Shown here in pieces: positions 1 through 12,819 of a DNA stretch of 64,000 nucleotides. Location: assembly GCF_006345805.1 (NCBI RefSeq), contig NC_043010.1, forward strand, positions 8,432,001 through 8,496,000, in the 5' to 3' direction. Below the pieces are notes generated by a model. It was not told the origin of the DNA, did not search any database, and worked only from the letters and a program-made list of their open reading frames with translations. How positions within the stretch are numbered: position 1 is the stretch's first letter; the number at the start of each line of letters is the position of its first letter. The translations under genes and the position numbers were made by a program. The DNA is from Octopus sinensis. Its lineage: Eukaryota.

Positions 1-302
1 TGCATGCATGTATGTATGTATGTATGTATGTATGTATGAATGTATGTATGTATGTATGTATGCATGCATGTATGTATGTATGTATGTATTAATGTATGTA
101 TGTATGTATGTATGTATTATGTATTTATGTATGTATGTATGTCATGCATGTATGTATGTATGTATGTATGTATGTATGTATGCATGCATGTATGTATGTA
201 GTGTATGTATGTATGTATGTCATGCATGATGTATGTAGGATGTATGTATGTATGTTGTATGTATGCTGCATGTATGTATGTATGTATGTATGTATGTATG
301 TA
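1..302. repeat. (TATG)n microsatellite
   Basis: Direct reading; similar tracts at 5945-6105, 7555-7770, 53566-53935, 55040-55165. Confidence 0.97.
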
Positions 303-758
303 TAATGATTTTGCTGAAGCATAGCAATACTAATAACCAGTTGTTAAAAGTCAATATACATTTGCTTTAGAGTAATGCATCAGGTGGTTACATAGCATAA
401 TATTAATTAATGAATGACAAAGGAACAGGAGTCACAAAATCGACTTCATTATTTTACAGCTGGTTTTGCTATAAGAAGTGCACTTAGAGTTGAGTGCTTG
501 TGCAACAATCCTATAGCTTCTTCAGAGCCATTAAAATGAAGCATACGTTTATTTCAGAAAGCATTTAAATATCTATATATGTATACATGCATACACACAC
601 ACACACGCATTGTAATACAGGTATACAATCCAAAAGATCTTGGTACAGGAAATTAGTACAGATTTACCTTCTCCATTCTCTACACCTATCAATACATGTA
701 TGCGTATATTATAAATATATATATAAACACATATGTACATATATATATACTTACAAAC

Positions 759-837
<79 letters not shown>

Positions 838-1245
838 ATATATATATATAATATATATACATATATATATATGTGTGTATATATATATAATATATATACA
901 TATATATATATATATGTATTATAATATATATATATTATATATATATATATATATACATGATATATACATATATACACATAAGCAGAAAGTTGATTTACTG
1001 TACATATAAATATTGTCACATTATTCCAATTTGTTGACCACCGAAGAAATTCTATAGAGTTTGAAATATTTCAGGGTTTGGTAATCTGGATTATTTCACA
1101 ACTTTCACAACAAACATTGAACTGGTTTATATCTCTTCTACAGTTCTTGTGTACTCGTTATGTGTCTTTGCATTTTTACCATTTTCCCCCTTCTTGAAAA
1201 TAGTATTTATAAAAAGAGTTATGTCAGCAAAATATCAAAGTATCA

Positions 1246-1526
1246 TTATGTGTTTGATATCTTTGGTATTGCTGGGAGTGGTTTTGTGTAAGTTGTAAAA
1301 CTATTCTGTGATGGCATGTTCCATGGTTCCGTAGGAATATTAGGATAACTACTATGTACTGGTGTTGACTTTAGATCAATAACATCTTTGCAAGGAGTGT
1401 TCTGATTAATATTGGCCTGGTAAGACGGCCTAGTCAAGGTATTTATGTCCTGTGATCTGTTGTTTGTCTGTGGTAAAGACTTCCTACCTGTGTTCTTGAA
1501 CTTTTCAGGTTGGCAATATGTGTGAC
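1246..1526 (-). CDS. Pcdh: Terminal coding exon, probable protocadherin cytoplasmic tail
   Basis: Acceptor ttctcttttcttttgctttAG (AG at 1528-1527), phase 1. Open frame (G)HTYCQPEKFKNTGRKSLPQTNNRSQDINTLTRPSYQANINQNTPCKDVIDLKSTPVHSSYPNIPTEPWNMPSQNSFTTYTKPLPAIPKISNT* to TAA at 1248-1246. Phase matches the donor at 8948. The PWNxPxxNSFTxxxKPLPAxP ending is recalled from Octopus protocadherin C-termini; not verified by search. Confidence 0.72.
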
Positions 1527-2177
1527 CTAAAGCAAAAGAAAAGAGAACGTAACATCATTTTTCATTTAAATTAAAAAATTTTTGCAATCAGATTAGTAAA
1601 GTAAGGATCATAACAAGGTGATTCGTATTTTGTTTCTAGGGTGATGGATCATAGTTTACCAAAGATTGTGCTGTAATGGCAAACTTTCAACTGATTATCA
1701 TGAAGGTGGGACACTGAGAGAAAGGTGCAAGAATTCTTGGAAGAAATCCCTTGATTTCTGTCACCATCACAATGACCATAATTAATGGGCTATGACAGCC
1801 TTCAATTACCTCCAACTTCTGGCAACAAACTATCCACCAGTATGTCTCCTTCTTTGAGAACATGCAGTGCTGACCTTGGGCACGAAAGGAAATTGAAGAA
1901 GAAACATGATACAGAAGCACAAAAAAAGCCAGAACAGCATTTTGCTTGCAGCTAGTGTGGTTATGCCTGCGCTTCTCATATTGATCTTTTTAGTTTCCAG
2001 TGAGCCTCTAATTGACATGGACAGGTTGTCATCATGAATTTTTGTTTGTGCAACCAATTTATGATGGGGTTGTTTTAGGATTTGCACCATCGCTAACTGC
2101 ATATATCCAGTGCACATGTCTGCAAAATTTTAATCTTCTGCTTTTTTGTCGAAATGAAGCTAAGTTTAATTAAGTAC

Positions 2178-2270
<93 letters not shown>

Positions 2271-2279
2271 ATATGAATA

Positions 2280-2332
<53 letters not shown>

Positions 2333-2402
2333 ATATATATATATTATATATATATATACATATATATATATTATATATAACATATATATATATAATAATA
2401 TA

Positions 2403-2435
<33 letters not shown>

Positions 2436-2903
2436 ACTAAATAAAAAGGGGCAGGCAACAGGTTGCTTAGCCACATACCGAAAAATTAGAAATAGCAGTC
2501 AAAGACTGTTTATTTCTATTTTCTACAAAAAAGACTCCACATACAACATATCCATGTAATTCACATATGTAAAACAGAAGGAAAAAATAACGAAAGCAAA
2601 GGTCTAGGGTTATTTACGGACGTGTTTCTGGATTAGAATTATATAAATCAATTCATTTCCTTTCTCAACGTAACACTCCACTCTCAACCAATATGTCACA
2701 CCACACCACAATTATTTAAAAATATGATTTAAAACTGCGGAGCAGTTGTTCTCAACCATTTTTGCACCATGGACAGGGAAATCCCATACATAACACAACA
2801 CAATAACATGCATAATATATAATTTAGTTACTACATACTATTAAATATAATTATTACATTGTGTATTATGCACTTTATTTCTACTATTATTATGTTGTAA
2901 TAT

Positions 2904-3210
2904 CACCGTGATCACCGTGACCGACCAGGCTATCAGATGTTGCTACACATCGCTAGTCACAATGCACTTCGCATTGTTTTAGCCTTTAAATGACGCCACC
3001 CCGCTGGCTAAGCGAGCAGGCCAACAGAGGAACGAGAGAAAGTTGTGGCGAAAGAGTACAGCAGGGATCGCCACCACCCCCTGCCGGAGCCTCGTGATGC
3101 TTTAGGTGTTTCCGCTCAATAAACACTAACAACGCCCGGTCTGGGGATTGAAACCGCGATCCTACAACCGCGAGTCCGCTGCCCTAACCACTGGGCCATT
3201 GCACCTCCAC
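2904..3210 (-). mobile_element. SINE family C (tRNA-derived head)
   Basis: Head GGAGGTGCAATGGCCCAGTGGTTAGGGCAGCGGACTCGCGG. 12-bp TSD ATGTTGTAATAT at 2892-2903 and 3211-3222. Confidence 0.88.
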
Positions 3211-3423
3211 ATGTTGTAATATAGATAATACAATTCAAATTTTCAAAATTTAATCTCCGCAAAATTTGTTTACTTACAGAGAGACATGTGTATCAACCAA
3301 ATCTACTCATAATGCTTTGATTGACCTGGAGAAGACACTTGCCCAATGTGCCATTCAATAGGATTGAATGCTAAGCCATATGATTGGGGAGTAAAGTTCT
3401 TAACCACACAGCCATATCTATAA

Positions 3424-4220
3424 ATATTCTACTCCAGGTACAAAGCCCAAAATTTCTGGGGAGAGGGCCAATCGATTATATCGATACAAGTATGCTACTG
3501 GTACTTAACTTATCGACCCTGAAAGGATGAAAGGCAAAGTCGACCTCAGCAGAATTTGAAAGACAGACAAAATACCTATTTCTATACTACCCACAAGGGG
3601 CTAAACACAGAGGGGACAAACAAGGACAGACAAACGGATTAAGTCGATTACATCGACCCCAGTGTGTAACTGGTACTTAATTTATCGACCCTGAAAGGAT
3701 GAAAGGCAAAGTCGACCTCAGCAGATTTTGAACTCAGAACATAAAGACAGACAAAATACCGCTAAGCATTTTGCCAGCGTGCTAACGTTTCTGCCAGCTT
3801 ACCACCTTTAAATAAAATATTCTTTTCTACTCTAGGCACAAGGCCTGAAATTTTGGGGGAGGGGGCCAGTCAATTAGATCGACCCCAATACTCAACTGGT
3901 ACTTAATTTATCGACCCCGAAAGGATGAAAGGCAAAGTCAACCTCAGTGGAATTTGAACTCAGAACATATAGACAGATGAAATACCTATTTCTTTATTAC
4001 CCACAAGGGGCTAAACACAGAGCGGACAAACAAGGACAGACATAGGTATTAAGTCGATTACATCGACCCCAGTGCATAACTAGTACTTAATTTATCGACC
4101 CCGAAAGGATGAAAGGTAAAGTCAACCTCAGTGGAATTTGAACTCAGAACAAATAGACAGATGAAATACCACTAAGCATTTCGCCTGGCATGCTAACATT
4201 TCTGCCAGCTTGCAGCCTTC
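3424..4220 (-). mobile_element. Two tandem dimeric SINE family B elements (3424-3808, 3817-4219)
   Basis: Each is head + core (GTCGACTTTGCCTTTCATCCTTTCGGGGTCGATAAATTAAGTACCAG, Meta/MESC-like by recall) + tail 1, joined at GGTAT to a second core + tail 2 (GGCCTTGTGCCTAGAGTAGAAAAGAAT). Confidence 0.85.
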
Positions 4221-5090
4221 ATTTTTTTGCTGCAGTTTCAGCTCATAGCTGCGGCCATGCCGATGAACCACCGTTATAAATATTACAGTAACAAAAGTGA
4301 CTTAAATTTAGGAAAAATAAATCTTTCCAATATTTTGGTCTTAATATACTTTAACTTTGATCTGAAAAGATGAATAGGGAAGTAAACTGCAAACATCAAC
4401 AAAACTACAGTAATATATACAGAGATTACTTGCTAAAGAAATGTGGGCTGTTATGTTTAAACTATGCGATATAGTGTGAGCAGAGGAGAAGCTCATGGCA
4501 AAATTTTTTAGCTGTTGTTGCAGCCTACCATTTTTTTCCTTCATATTGTGAGACTTGTTTTGTCATAACCATTTTAAAGATTTCTAAATATCTCATAGAA
4601 ATATTTACGGTGGTGGGGCCAGTGAATAAACTTCACTGAAATTTAGATATATATATATTTGCGAAGTCGGGACAGATATCTGCGGCTGGTGGGCTACTGC
4701 TACTCAAGACCGATGATGGACAAAGATCCTGAAACATGCGTGCCTCTAGATGCAGGCCTGGCTGCTGGGGATGTTTGTCTTCCCTTCGTAAATATATAAG
4801 GACACAGGAATAATGTGTCGAAGCCATCAGGAAGCGTTGATGCTTCCTAGGGCTAAACAGCGGTGGTGTAATCCCCTACTGTCACGTTAAATTGACAGTA
4901 TACGACCATTCATTTTAAAGATGTTTATTGTATAATTCTTATTTTAAATTGTTCATTTAACAGTTAGGGTAAAGAGTAAAGAACCCCTTTCAGTCATGAA
5001 TGACTGGAATTGCACCTAAAGAGTTACCCTCTGAGGCACAAGTCTGGGCAAGCTTATTTTATGGAAGACCAAGAGTCACCCATGCATACC

Positions 5091-5323
5091 TATTTCTTTA
5101 TTACCCACAAAGGGCTAAACATAGAAGGGACAAACAAGGACAGACATAAGTATTAAGTCGATTACATCGACCCCAGTGCGTAACTGGTACTTAATTTATA
5201 GACCCCGAAAGGATGAAAGGTAAAGTCAACCTCGGCGGAATTTGAACTCAAAACGTAATGGCAGACGAAATACCGCTAAGCATTTCGCTCGACGTGCTAA
5301 CGTTTCTGCCAGCTCTCCGCCTT
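5091..5323 (-). mobile_element. SINE family B nested in SINE family D (4975-5445)
   Basis: 17-bp TSD AGTCACCCATGCATACC at 5074-5090 and 5324-5340. Confidence 0.9.
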
Positions 5324-5769
5324 AGTCACCCATGCATACCAGCTTCCTCCTCCCCATGCCACTGATGTTATCCAAGGGAAAGGCAAAGGCTGATACAGCT
5401 TGGCACCAGTGCCGTCACCACTAATTTCTACAGCTGAGTGAACTGTTTGACAGTTAACAGATTGTTAAAATGGAAACATTGGTTTCAAATTTTGGCACAA
5501 AGCCAGCAATTTCAGGGTAGGGGTTAAGTTTATTACAGTGACCCCAGTGCTCAACTGGTTCTAATTTTATCAATCCCAAAAGGATGAAAGGCAAAATCAG
5601 CCTTGATGGAATTTGAACATAGAAAGTAAGGACAGATGAAATGCTGTTAAAATAGGAATAAAAGAATATTTATTTTCTTTCACATTCTGTATTGTTAATT
5701 GACCTTCATTACTTCTCTTTTATATTTAAAATAACTTTCTTCAAATAAAAAACAGTATTTTGATAAGTT

Positions 5770-6262
5770 TGGGCATGGCTGTGCGGTAAGAAGTTTGCTT
5801 CCCTAAAACAAGGTTTTAGGTTCAGTCCCACTGCATGGCACCTTGAGCAAGTGTGGTCCACTATAGCCTTGTACCAAACAAGGACTTGTGAGTGGAATGC
5901 TTGTTTGTATGTATGTCATTGAGCAATAATTTGTTAGTGTACTGTATGTATGTATGTATGTATGTATGTATTTATGTATGCATGCATGTATGTATGCATG
6001 CATGTATGTATGCATGTATGTATGTATGTATGTATGTATGTATGTATGTATGTACGAACGTACGTATGCATGTATGCATACACACATGCATGTATGTATG
6101 TATGTCCTTATTCAGTTTTATTTCAAGATTTCTTACCAAAAGAGAAAGAGACAGTTTCTAACGATGATCCAAAGTTCCTTCAATAGAATTTCAACATCAA
6201 CAACAGGGTATTTTTGTATGTATATATGAATGTATGTATGTATGTATATGTATGTATGTATG

Positions 6263-6294
<32 letters not shown>

Positions 6295-7551
6295 TGTATG
6301 TATGTATGCATGTATGTATATATGTACAGATTTGTATGCTTTATGTATGTATTCTCATGCATATAATTACCTATCTAGACATGCTCCAGTATATTTAAAT
6401 GGTAAACTTCTGGAAAGTTTTACAGACTTTTCCTGTTCCAGTGATGGATTGGATCTGTAGTTTTCGAATTAGCTTTCTCCTTTCTGGTCTTGAGAAGCCT
6501 AATTTCTCAACATTGGTATTTAGGCAGTGTGTTACATATCCAAGGACCCCAATAATTACAGGTATAAACCCAAACTTGCAATCTGGATAGAGTAACTGCA
6601 GATTTCTCGATAGTTCAGCATAAGTGCTCCGTTTTTCACTGATCTTCAGCTTTATGTTAACATCTGCTGGGCAGCTAATTTTCAAAACTGCACATTTTCT
6701 CTTCTCTATCCCAAATCATTATATCAGGTCTGTTGTGCTTACATGTTACTGAGGTCTTCACTGGCACATTCCACCAGTATTCCTTTTTATTATGAGTGGC
6801 TATGGCTTCTACCATATTGTGGGTTCTTATTTCTTTGTCCTTGGGATTATCCTTCTGATGGATTTTATTATAGTGTGTCCTAGCTACAACATCATGTCTC
6901 ATCAATAGATAATACCGTGATGACATTTTCAGATAACTGCTTATGATGTGGGTGATATCTTCAGTGTAAACTCCACAAAGTCTGCATCGGTTGTCACACT
7001 TTATCAGCATCTCTATCCCTTTTGTGCATCAGGTGCTTGGTTGATATTTCCTGTTCCTGGATTGCAAACACATACCCTTCAAAGTGGGAGGTAATACTCC
7101 GGCTATTGGTCCATAATAAACTGCTTTGATGATCGATGTTACTATCATCATGAAGCTTTCTAGCAACATATCCATGCATAGTCTTCTGCTCATATAGACT
7201 CATCCCTTCATCTGATAAGATGTTGTGGTGGAGTTGTACAACTTCTTTGAGCATGTATTCTAGGTTATCAGACAAAGAGTGTTGATCAAGGAGCTGCCTT
7301 CCAAGTCTTACGGTGTTATCATCCTCCTGTATCCAAACTCGGTCAAGGGATGTACTTCGACACTTGGTAGTTAATAGATGTTGCTGAAGGGATAGGATGC
7401 GACATTCAAAGGCATTTTGGATAGATGTTAAGCCTTGTCCACCTTGTTTCTGTTTTAGGTGGAAGCAGTCTACATCACTGTTTATGTGGAAATTATGTGG
7501 GCCTGTTAGTATTTTTCAGGTTTTCACATCATTAGCTCAGATCTCATTAAG

Positions 7552-7583
<32 letters not shown>

Positions 7584-8010
7584 TGTATGTATGCATGTAT
7601 GTATGTATGTATGTATGTATGCATGTATGTATGCATGTATGTATGTATGTATGTATATATGTATGTATATATGTATGTATGTATGTATGTATGCATGTAT
7701 GTATGCATGTATATATGTATGTATGTATGTATATATGTATGCATGTATGTATCTTTGTATGCATGCATGTATGTGTGTGTGTGTGTGCATGTGTGTGCAT
7801 GTGTGTGTCTGCGTCCCCCTCCTCGCTGCTTGGCAACTGGTGTTGGTGTGTTTACACCCCTGTAACTTAGGGATTTGGCAAGAGACAGAATAAGTACAGA
7901 GCTTTAAAATAATAAGTACTGGGGTTAATACATTTGACTAAAAATTCTTCAAAGTAGTGCACCAGCATGGCCATGGTCTAATGACTGAAATTGGTAAAAA
8001 AGATGAAAGA
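5770..8010 (+). mobile_element. Older SINE-A copy split by the R4-type element
   Basis: Head at 5770-5900 and tail at ~7805-8010 in the same orientation, on either side of the (TATG)n-flanked insertion. Confidence 0.7.
6106..7550 (-). mobile_element. 5'-truncated R4/Dong-type non-LTR retrotransposon with restriction-like endonuclease (degenerate)
   Basis: Broken frames give the post-RT FH..SDVD...GGQGL segment, zinc knuckle CRLC..HIISS(C>Y), RHD motif, NRPDIMIWD..E.SCP..K (PD-D/ExK) and FIPVIIGVLG. Stop at 6395 is followed by a probable 3' UTR with AATAAA near 6118-6123. (TATG)n flanks both sides. Confidence 0.88.
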
Positions 8011-8056
8011 AGAATCAGCAATCATGGACCACCATGCCATAGTCTAAAGATACTTT

Positions 8057-8470
8057 CTCTTTTAATCTTTTACTTGTTTCAGTCATTTGACTGTGGCCAT
8101 GCTGGAGCACCGCTTTTAGTCAAACAAATTGACTCCAGGACTTATTCTTTGTAAGCCTAGTACTTATTCTATCGGTCTCTTTTGCTAAATTGCTAAGTTA
8201 TGGGGATAAAAACACACCAGCATCGGTTGTCAAGCAATGTTAGGGGGAGGGACAAACACAGATACACAAACATATGCACAAACACACAAACATATATATA
8301 TATATATATATACAATGGACTTCTTTCAGTTTCCGTCTACCAAATCCACTCACAAGGCTTTGGTGGGCCTGAGGCTACAGTAGAAGACACTTACCCAAGG
8401 TGCCGCGCAGTGGGACTGAACCTGGAACCATGTGGTTCGTAAGCAAGCTACTTACCACACAGCCACTCCT
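8057..8470 (-). mobile_element. SINE family A (tRNA-like head, CORE-like ACCTTGGGCAAGT box, internal TA/TG microsatellite, GAGTAAAA tail)
   Basis: Full-length match to the other family A copies in the window. Confidence 0.85.
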
Positions 8471-8948
8471 ACATGATTTTTCTCAGGAAAGATGCAGCAG
8501 TGATTTCCCATTGCTTTCTACCCGTTTATTTACTGTTTATTCTGCTAGTCTCCAACTCCTAAGCTTGTCCTTGATGCATGGGACTTATTTAACATTAAGC
8601 AGAGGGACTGGATCATATGTCATCAGGGCATATCCACACACTGGTGGGCTTATGTGAATCATATCTGAGTCACAGGATCATCTACAATTTCAACTGTAAA
8701 TGGAGATTTTGACGAGTAATTCCACCTTGGCACAGAGAAGGCCTTGCATTGGAAATGCCTAAGGGGTAACTCTATATTCCTCAAATCTCCTGAACTTCTG
8801 AGCTCGAGACTCAGTATGGTTATGGTTTAATGTTTTACCCAGAACAGTTGAACACCATGAATATTATTATATGCTTCTAAGACTATTAGTTTGTTTGTTT
8901 CTACAGAAATAGTATGTATATATGATACAATAATGGTATATTTTCTAC

Positions 8949-9108
8949 CTGGCAGCAATTTGCAGTGTCCTTCATCTGCTTTATTCCAACCAGTTCCACT
9001 TTCTGTATAAGATATTGAAGTCATCTCACTGTAGCGGTATGGAGGATTTACCGAAGTCTCTTTATCATTTCTTCCAAGAGATTTTCTGGTTGCTTGCTGA
9101 GGACTTGT
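8949..9108 (-). CDS. Pcdh: Penultimate coding exon (160 bp) of the same gene
   Basis: Acceptor ttttctctttcatttttcaatgttgacAG (AG 9110-9109), phase 0. Open frame TSPQQATRKSLGRNDKETSVNPPYRYSEMTSISYTESGTGWNKADEGHCKLLP-G. Donor CCAG/GTAGAA, phase 1, joins in frame (G+GT=Gly) to the 1526 exon. Confidence 0.7.
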
Positions 9109-11481
9109 CTGTCAACATTGAAAAATGAAAGAGAAAAGTGGATTTATTCAAAAATATACTGTGTTTCATTGGTTGATCATTAAAAAAATTTTCACAAAGA
9201 CTTTCGAACTGCTGCCAATATAATATACTGAAAATATCATTTTTGGCAGGAGATTTACAAAAAGAAGAGGGAAAAACAAGAAAGGAAATATCTTTTTCTC
9301 TGCCAAATTGTATACAAAACCATCATTTTGTTTATGCCAAAACTGAAAACATTGTAAATTTCTTAAATACTAATATTATGTTGTTACTGTTGGCTTTAGA
9401 GATGTCACCACAGTTTACTGGTCAATAAATGAAGTCTGTGAAGGAAGAACAAAGTTCAAATGATAGGTAGTATTTCATTTTGTTTGACAAATTCTATGAA
9501 AACAGAAATAGCAATAATTATTAAAACTAATAATAACATAAACAGCGTCATCTCATTTAATGGTATTAAAATGAAGAATTAAATAAATTAAAATTTTCAA
9601 CAACATAGAAGAAAATTTATTATGCTAATTCTACTGAGATTTTACTGATTTCTCTGTATATTGGAAATAAAATCATACCACAATGAAGAATAGTAAAAAC
9701 CAACAAAAAACAAAAAAACATATAATATATATGTATAGAACTAATCGAATATTTTATGAAAGAAGAAAATATAAGTATTTCGTTGAAGAAAAAATACATT
9801 ATATATTTTAACAATGAGTAGAAATAAACAGGATTTGAGAAATAGCATTAGGCAGAGAAGATATTGTATTAAAGGTTCTAGACTATTTAAAGGACAAGCA
9901 GAAAATGGAAACTATTGTGAGAACAATGATATCTGAAGTAAGAAAAGAATAATTTCAAGGAGGAGCCAGCCCACTACAATATATTGAAATGAAATGAAAC
10001 AAATTGCTTATGAAGAACAATAGGTAGTTTTCCATTTTTTTTTTTTTTTTTTTTAGTAACAACAAAGCAGGTAAGCCAGCCATAGAGTTACAACCACCAT
10101 GCTACTTCCTGCAAGCATCACAACCTTCATTTTTCCTCCTGGCGTTTGTCATGAAATGAAGCATAGTGGCACAGTAAGCAATAGATTCTGTATAATGATA
10201 CATTATTTTCATTTCAGTTCAGTTTCTCAGTTTATTGTGTGAAAACATGTTTTTTTTTTATTATATTATATTTTACTTTATTTTATTTAAAACCTTGTGT
10301 TATGCTTGTGTTATATAGTGTTCAATACAAATGAAGATTTCCTTCATGCAAACAATTGAATTCATACGTTAGTCTTCATGTTGAACATTATTATGATTAT
10401 AATTGCTAACTTTCGTGCTTTTATCTTCTCTCTTGAATTTTTTAATCATGTTTTCTATTTTTTTAAAAAATATTTATTATTTCTATAAAGGAGGTTGGCT
10501 TTGACTTTCATCCATCTGTGGTCAATAAAGTAAGTATGCTACTGACTTACCCAACAACAACAACTAATTCCCTCCCTTCTCTAAATGGTTTTGTGCCAAA
10601 ACAAAAGAAATCACTATAACTATTAAGTTGCTAATAGGTAACATGACAACCATTGTAACCTTTATATACATTACATGTTCAGAATAAATGGGTGAGCAGA
10701 AGAAAAGCTTTTTATAAAATTCTAGAGGTAGTGACAAGGGTATTGTATGTAATCTTTGTAGAGTATTTTAAAGACCATTACACAAATATTAAGATGGGAT
10801 TGTAGCTAGCATAGATGTTTTCATAATGGCATAAAGAATGCAAGTGAAATCCTGGTGTTCTAAAATGTGAGTAAATTAAATACCTACAAAATAGTCTGCC
10901 AACTGTAATGCTATTTCTAAGAACCAGATTAAATTATTTTAACCAGGAAGAGGGAAGATAATTGGTTATGAACACAAAGCCTATAGCTGCATCTCCCTTC
11001 TCTTAGTAGGTACAGATCAACCTTAAAAAACATTGATGAGAAGAAACTGTGGTTGTAGGCCATACACAGCTTCGATAAAGAAAAGTTTCTATCAGAGTTA
11101 AATAGCAAGTGAGAAAAAATAAATAAGAAAAGCTACGAATTTCACCAAGGGGTGCCGTTTATTTGCCCCAAGTCAGCTTCACAGAATAGACCTATCCATA
11201 ACACATTCTTTTAGTTTTCCAAGTTAGTGTGTACACAGATACACATGTGCACATGTATTCATGCACACACACCCACACATACACTCACACATGCACATAG
11301 ATACATTCACACACATGCACACACACACGAACGTACACACAGCCATGCACACACACAGAGGTGTACTACAGAAAGAAAGTAGGACTCATGTTGTGGAAGT
11401 TAGAAGTATGTAATTATCTTGTTTGAAGTTTCATTGATGCAAATAACAATACCCAGTTCATTAGTTGTGTGTGTATCCATC

Positions 11482-11872
11482 CAGGCGCAAGAGTGGCTGT
11501 GTGGTAAGTAGCTTGCTAACCAACCACATGGTTCCGGGTTCAGTCCCATTGCGTGGTATCTTGGGCAACTGTCTTCTGCTATAGCCCCGGGTCGACCAAT
11601 GCCTTGTGAGTAGATTTGGTAGACAGAAACTGAAAGAAGCCTGTCGTATATATGTATATATATATATGTGTGTCTGTTTGTCCCCCTAGCATTGCTTGAC
11701 AACCGATGCTGGTGTGTTTACGTCCCCGTCACTTAGCGGTTCGGCAAAAGAGACCGATAGAATAAGTACTGGGCTTACAAAGAATAAGTCATGGGGTCGA
11801 TTTGCTCGACTAAAGGTGGTGCTCCAGCATGGCCGCAGTCAAATGACTGAAACAAGTAAAAGAGTAAAGAGT
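11482..11872 (+). mobile_element. SINE family A
   Basis: A box TGGCTGTGTGG, B box GGTTCAGTCCC, tail AAAGAGTAAAGAGT. Confidence 0.9.
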
Positions 11873-12068
11873 ATCCATCCATCCATCCATCCATAAATAC
11901 ATACATATTTATATACACACACATACACATATACACACACATAAATATGTATGATATTGTCCAAGGTGTCCTTCTTTCAGTCACATGGTATGATGTGACT
12001 CAAAAGAGGCTTCTTTGCTATTTCTTAGTAATTGAGTAACCACATAGACGCTCCTTTATCAGCTTGCC

Positions 12069-12296
12069 TTAACCCTTTCGTTACCGTATTTCTGTTGAGA
12101 TGCTCTGTGTTTCTTTCAATTACTTTAAATATAACAAAGAATTTAGTAAAATAACTTAGTTACCATTAAGCTAGTGTTAGGAACATAAATTGTGACTAAG
12201 GTTTGGTGGAAGATTTTAACTGAAAACTTATGAAAACAAGACATTTGTATTCAGAACCAGAGTCGGTTTCAGCCGGGTTGGTAATGAAAGGATTAA
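12069..12296. mobile_element. TTAA-flanked piggyBac-like MITE
   Basis: TTAA-CCCTTTCGTTACC ... GGTAATGAAAGGA-TTAA. An older related copy lies at ~33633-33863. Confidence 0.75.
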
Positions 12297-12410
12297 ATCT
12301 AGGTGTGATTGTCTAATCTCAGGTCAACTTTGTTGAAGCGGATTTTTTGATCAACAAATCTTATATGTGACCATCACATTTTTGCTAGAAATATGTAAAA
12401 TGATCAGATA

Positions 12411-12583
12411 TAGGCGCAGGAGTGGCTGTGTGGTAAGTAGCTTGCTAACCAACCACATGGTTCCGGGTTCAGTCCCACTGCATGGCATCTTGGGCAAGTG
12501 TTTTCTGCTATAGCTCCAGGCCGACCAATGCCTTGTGAGTGAATTTGGTAGATGGAAACTGAAAGAAGCCTGTCGTATATATG

Positions 12584-12616
<33 letters not shown>

Positions 12617-12819
12617 TTGTATGTCTGTGTTTGTCCCCCTAGCATTGCTTGACAACCGATGGTGGTGTGTTTACGTCCCTGTCACTTAGCGGTTCGGCAA
12701 AAGAGACCGATAGAATAAGTACTGGGCTTACAAAGAATAAGTCCCGGGGTCGATTTGCTCGACTAAAGGCGGTGCTCCAGCATGGCTGCAGTCAAATGAC
12801 TGAAACAAGTAAAGAGAGT
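12411..12819 (+). mobile_element. SINE family A
   Basis: Full-length copy. Confidence 0.9.

Noticed and set aside
548-553. Minus-strand AATAAA as the gene's poly(A) signal
   Set aside because: Plausible, but the hexamer is too common in AT-rich DNA to call without 3'-end data.
8-1019. [12 protein letters not shown]-type ORFs here and throughout the window
   Set aside because: Translations of (TATG)n, (TA)n and (TG)n microsatellites.
3424-4220. Regularly spaced repeats resembling a CRISPR array
   Set aside because: The repeats are SINE-B cores with repeated, non-unique spacers in eukaryotic DNA; no cas genes.
8827-8948. ORF extension GRKYTIIVSY... past the donor
   Set aside because: AT-rich intron-like read-through; the spliced form gives a coherent in-frame product.
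11400-11702. Recurrent ORFs such as LLSVSVYQIHSQG...GLNPEPCGW
   Set aside because: Antisense translations of SINE-A, not a gene family.
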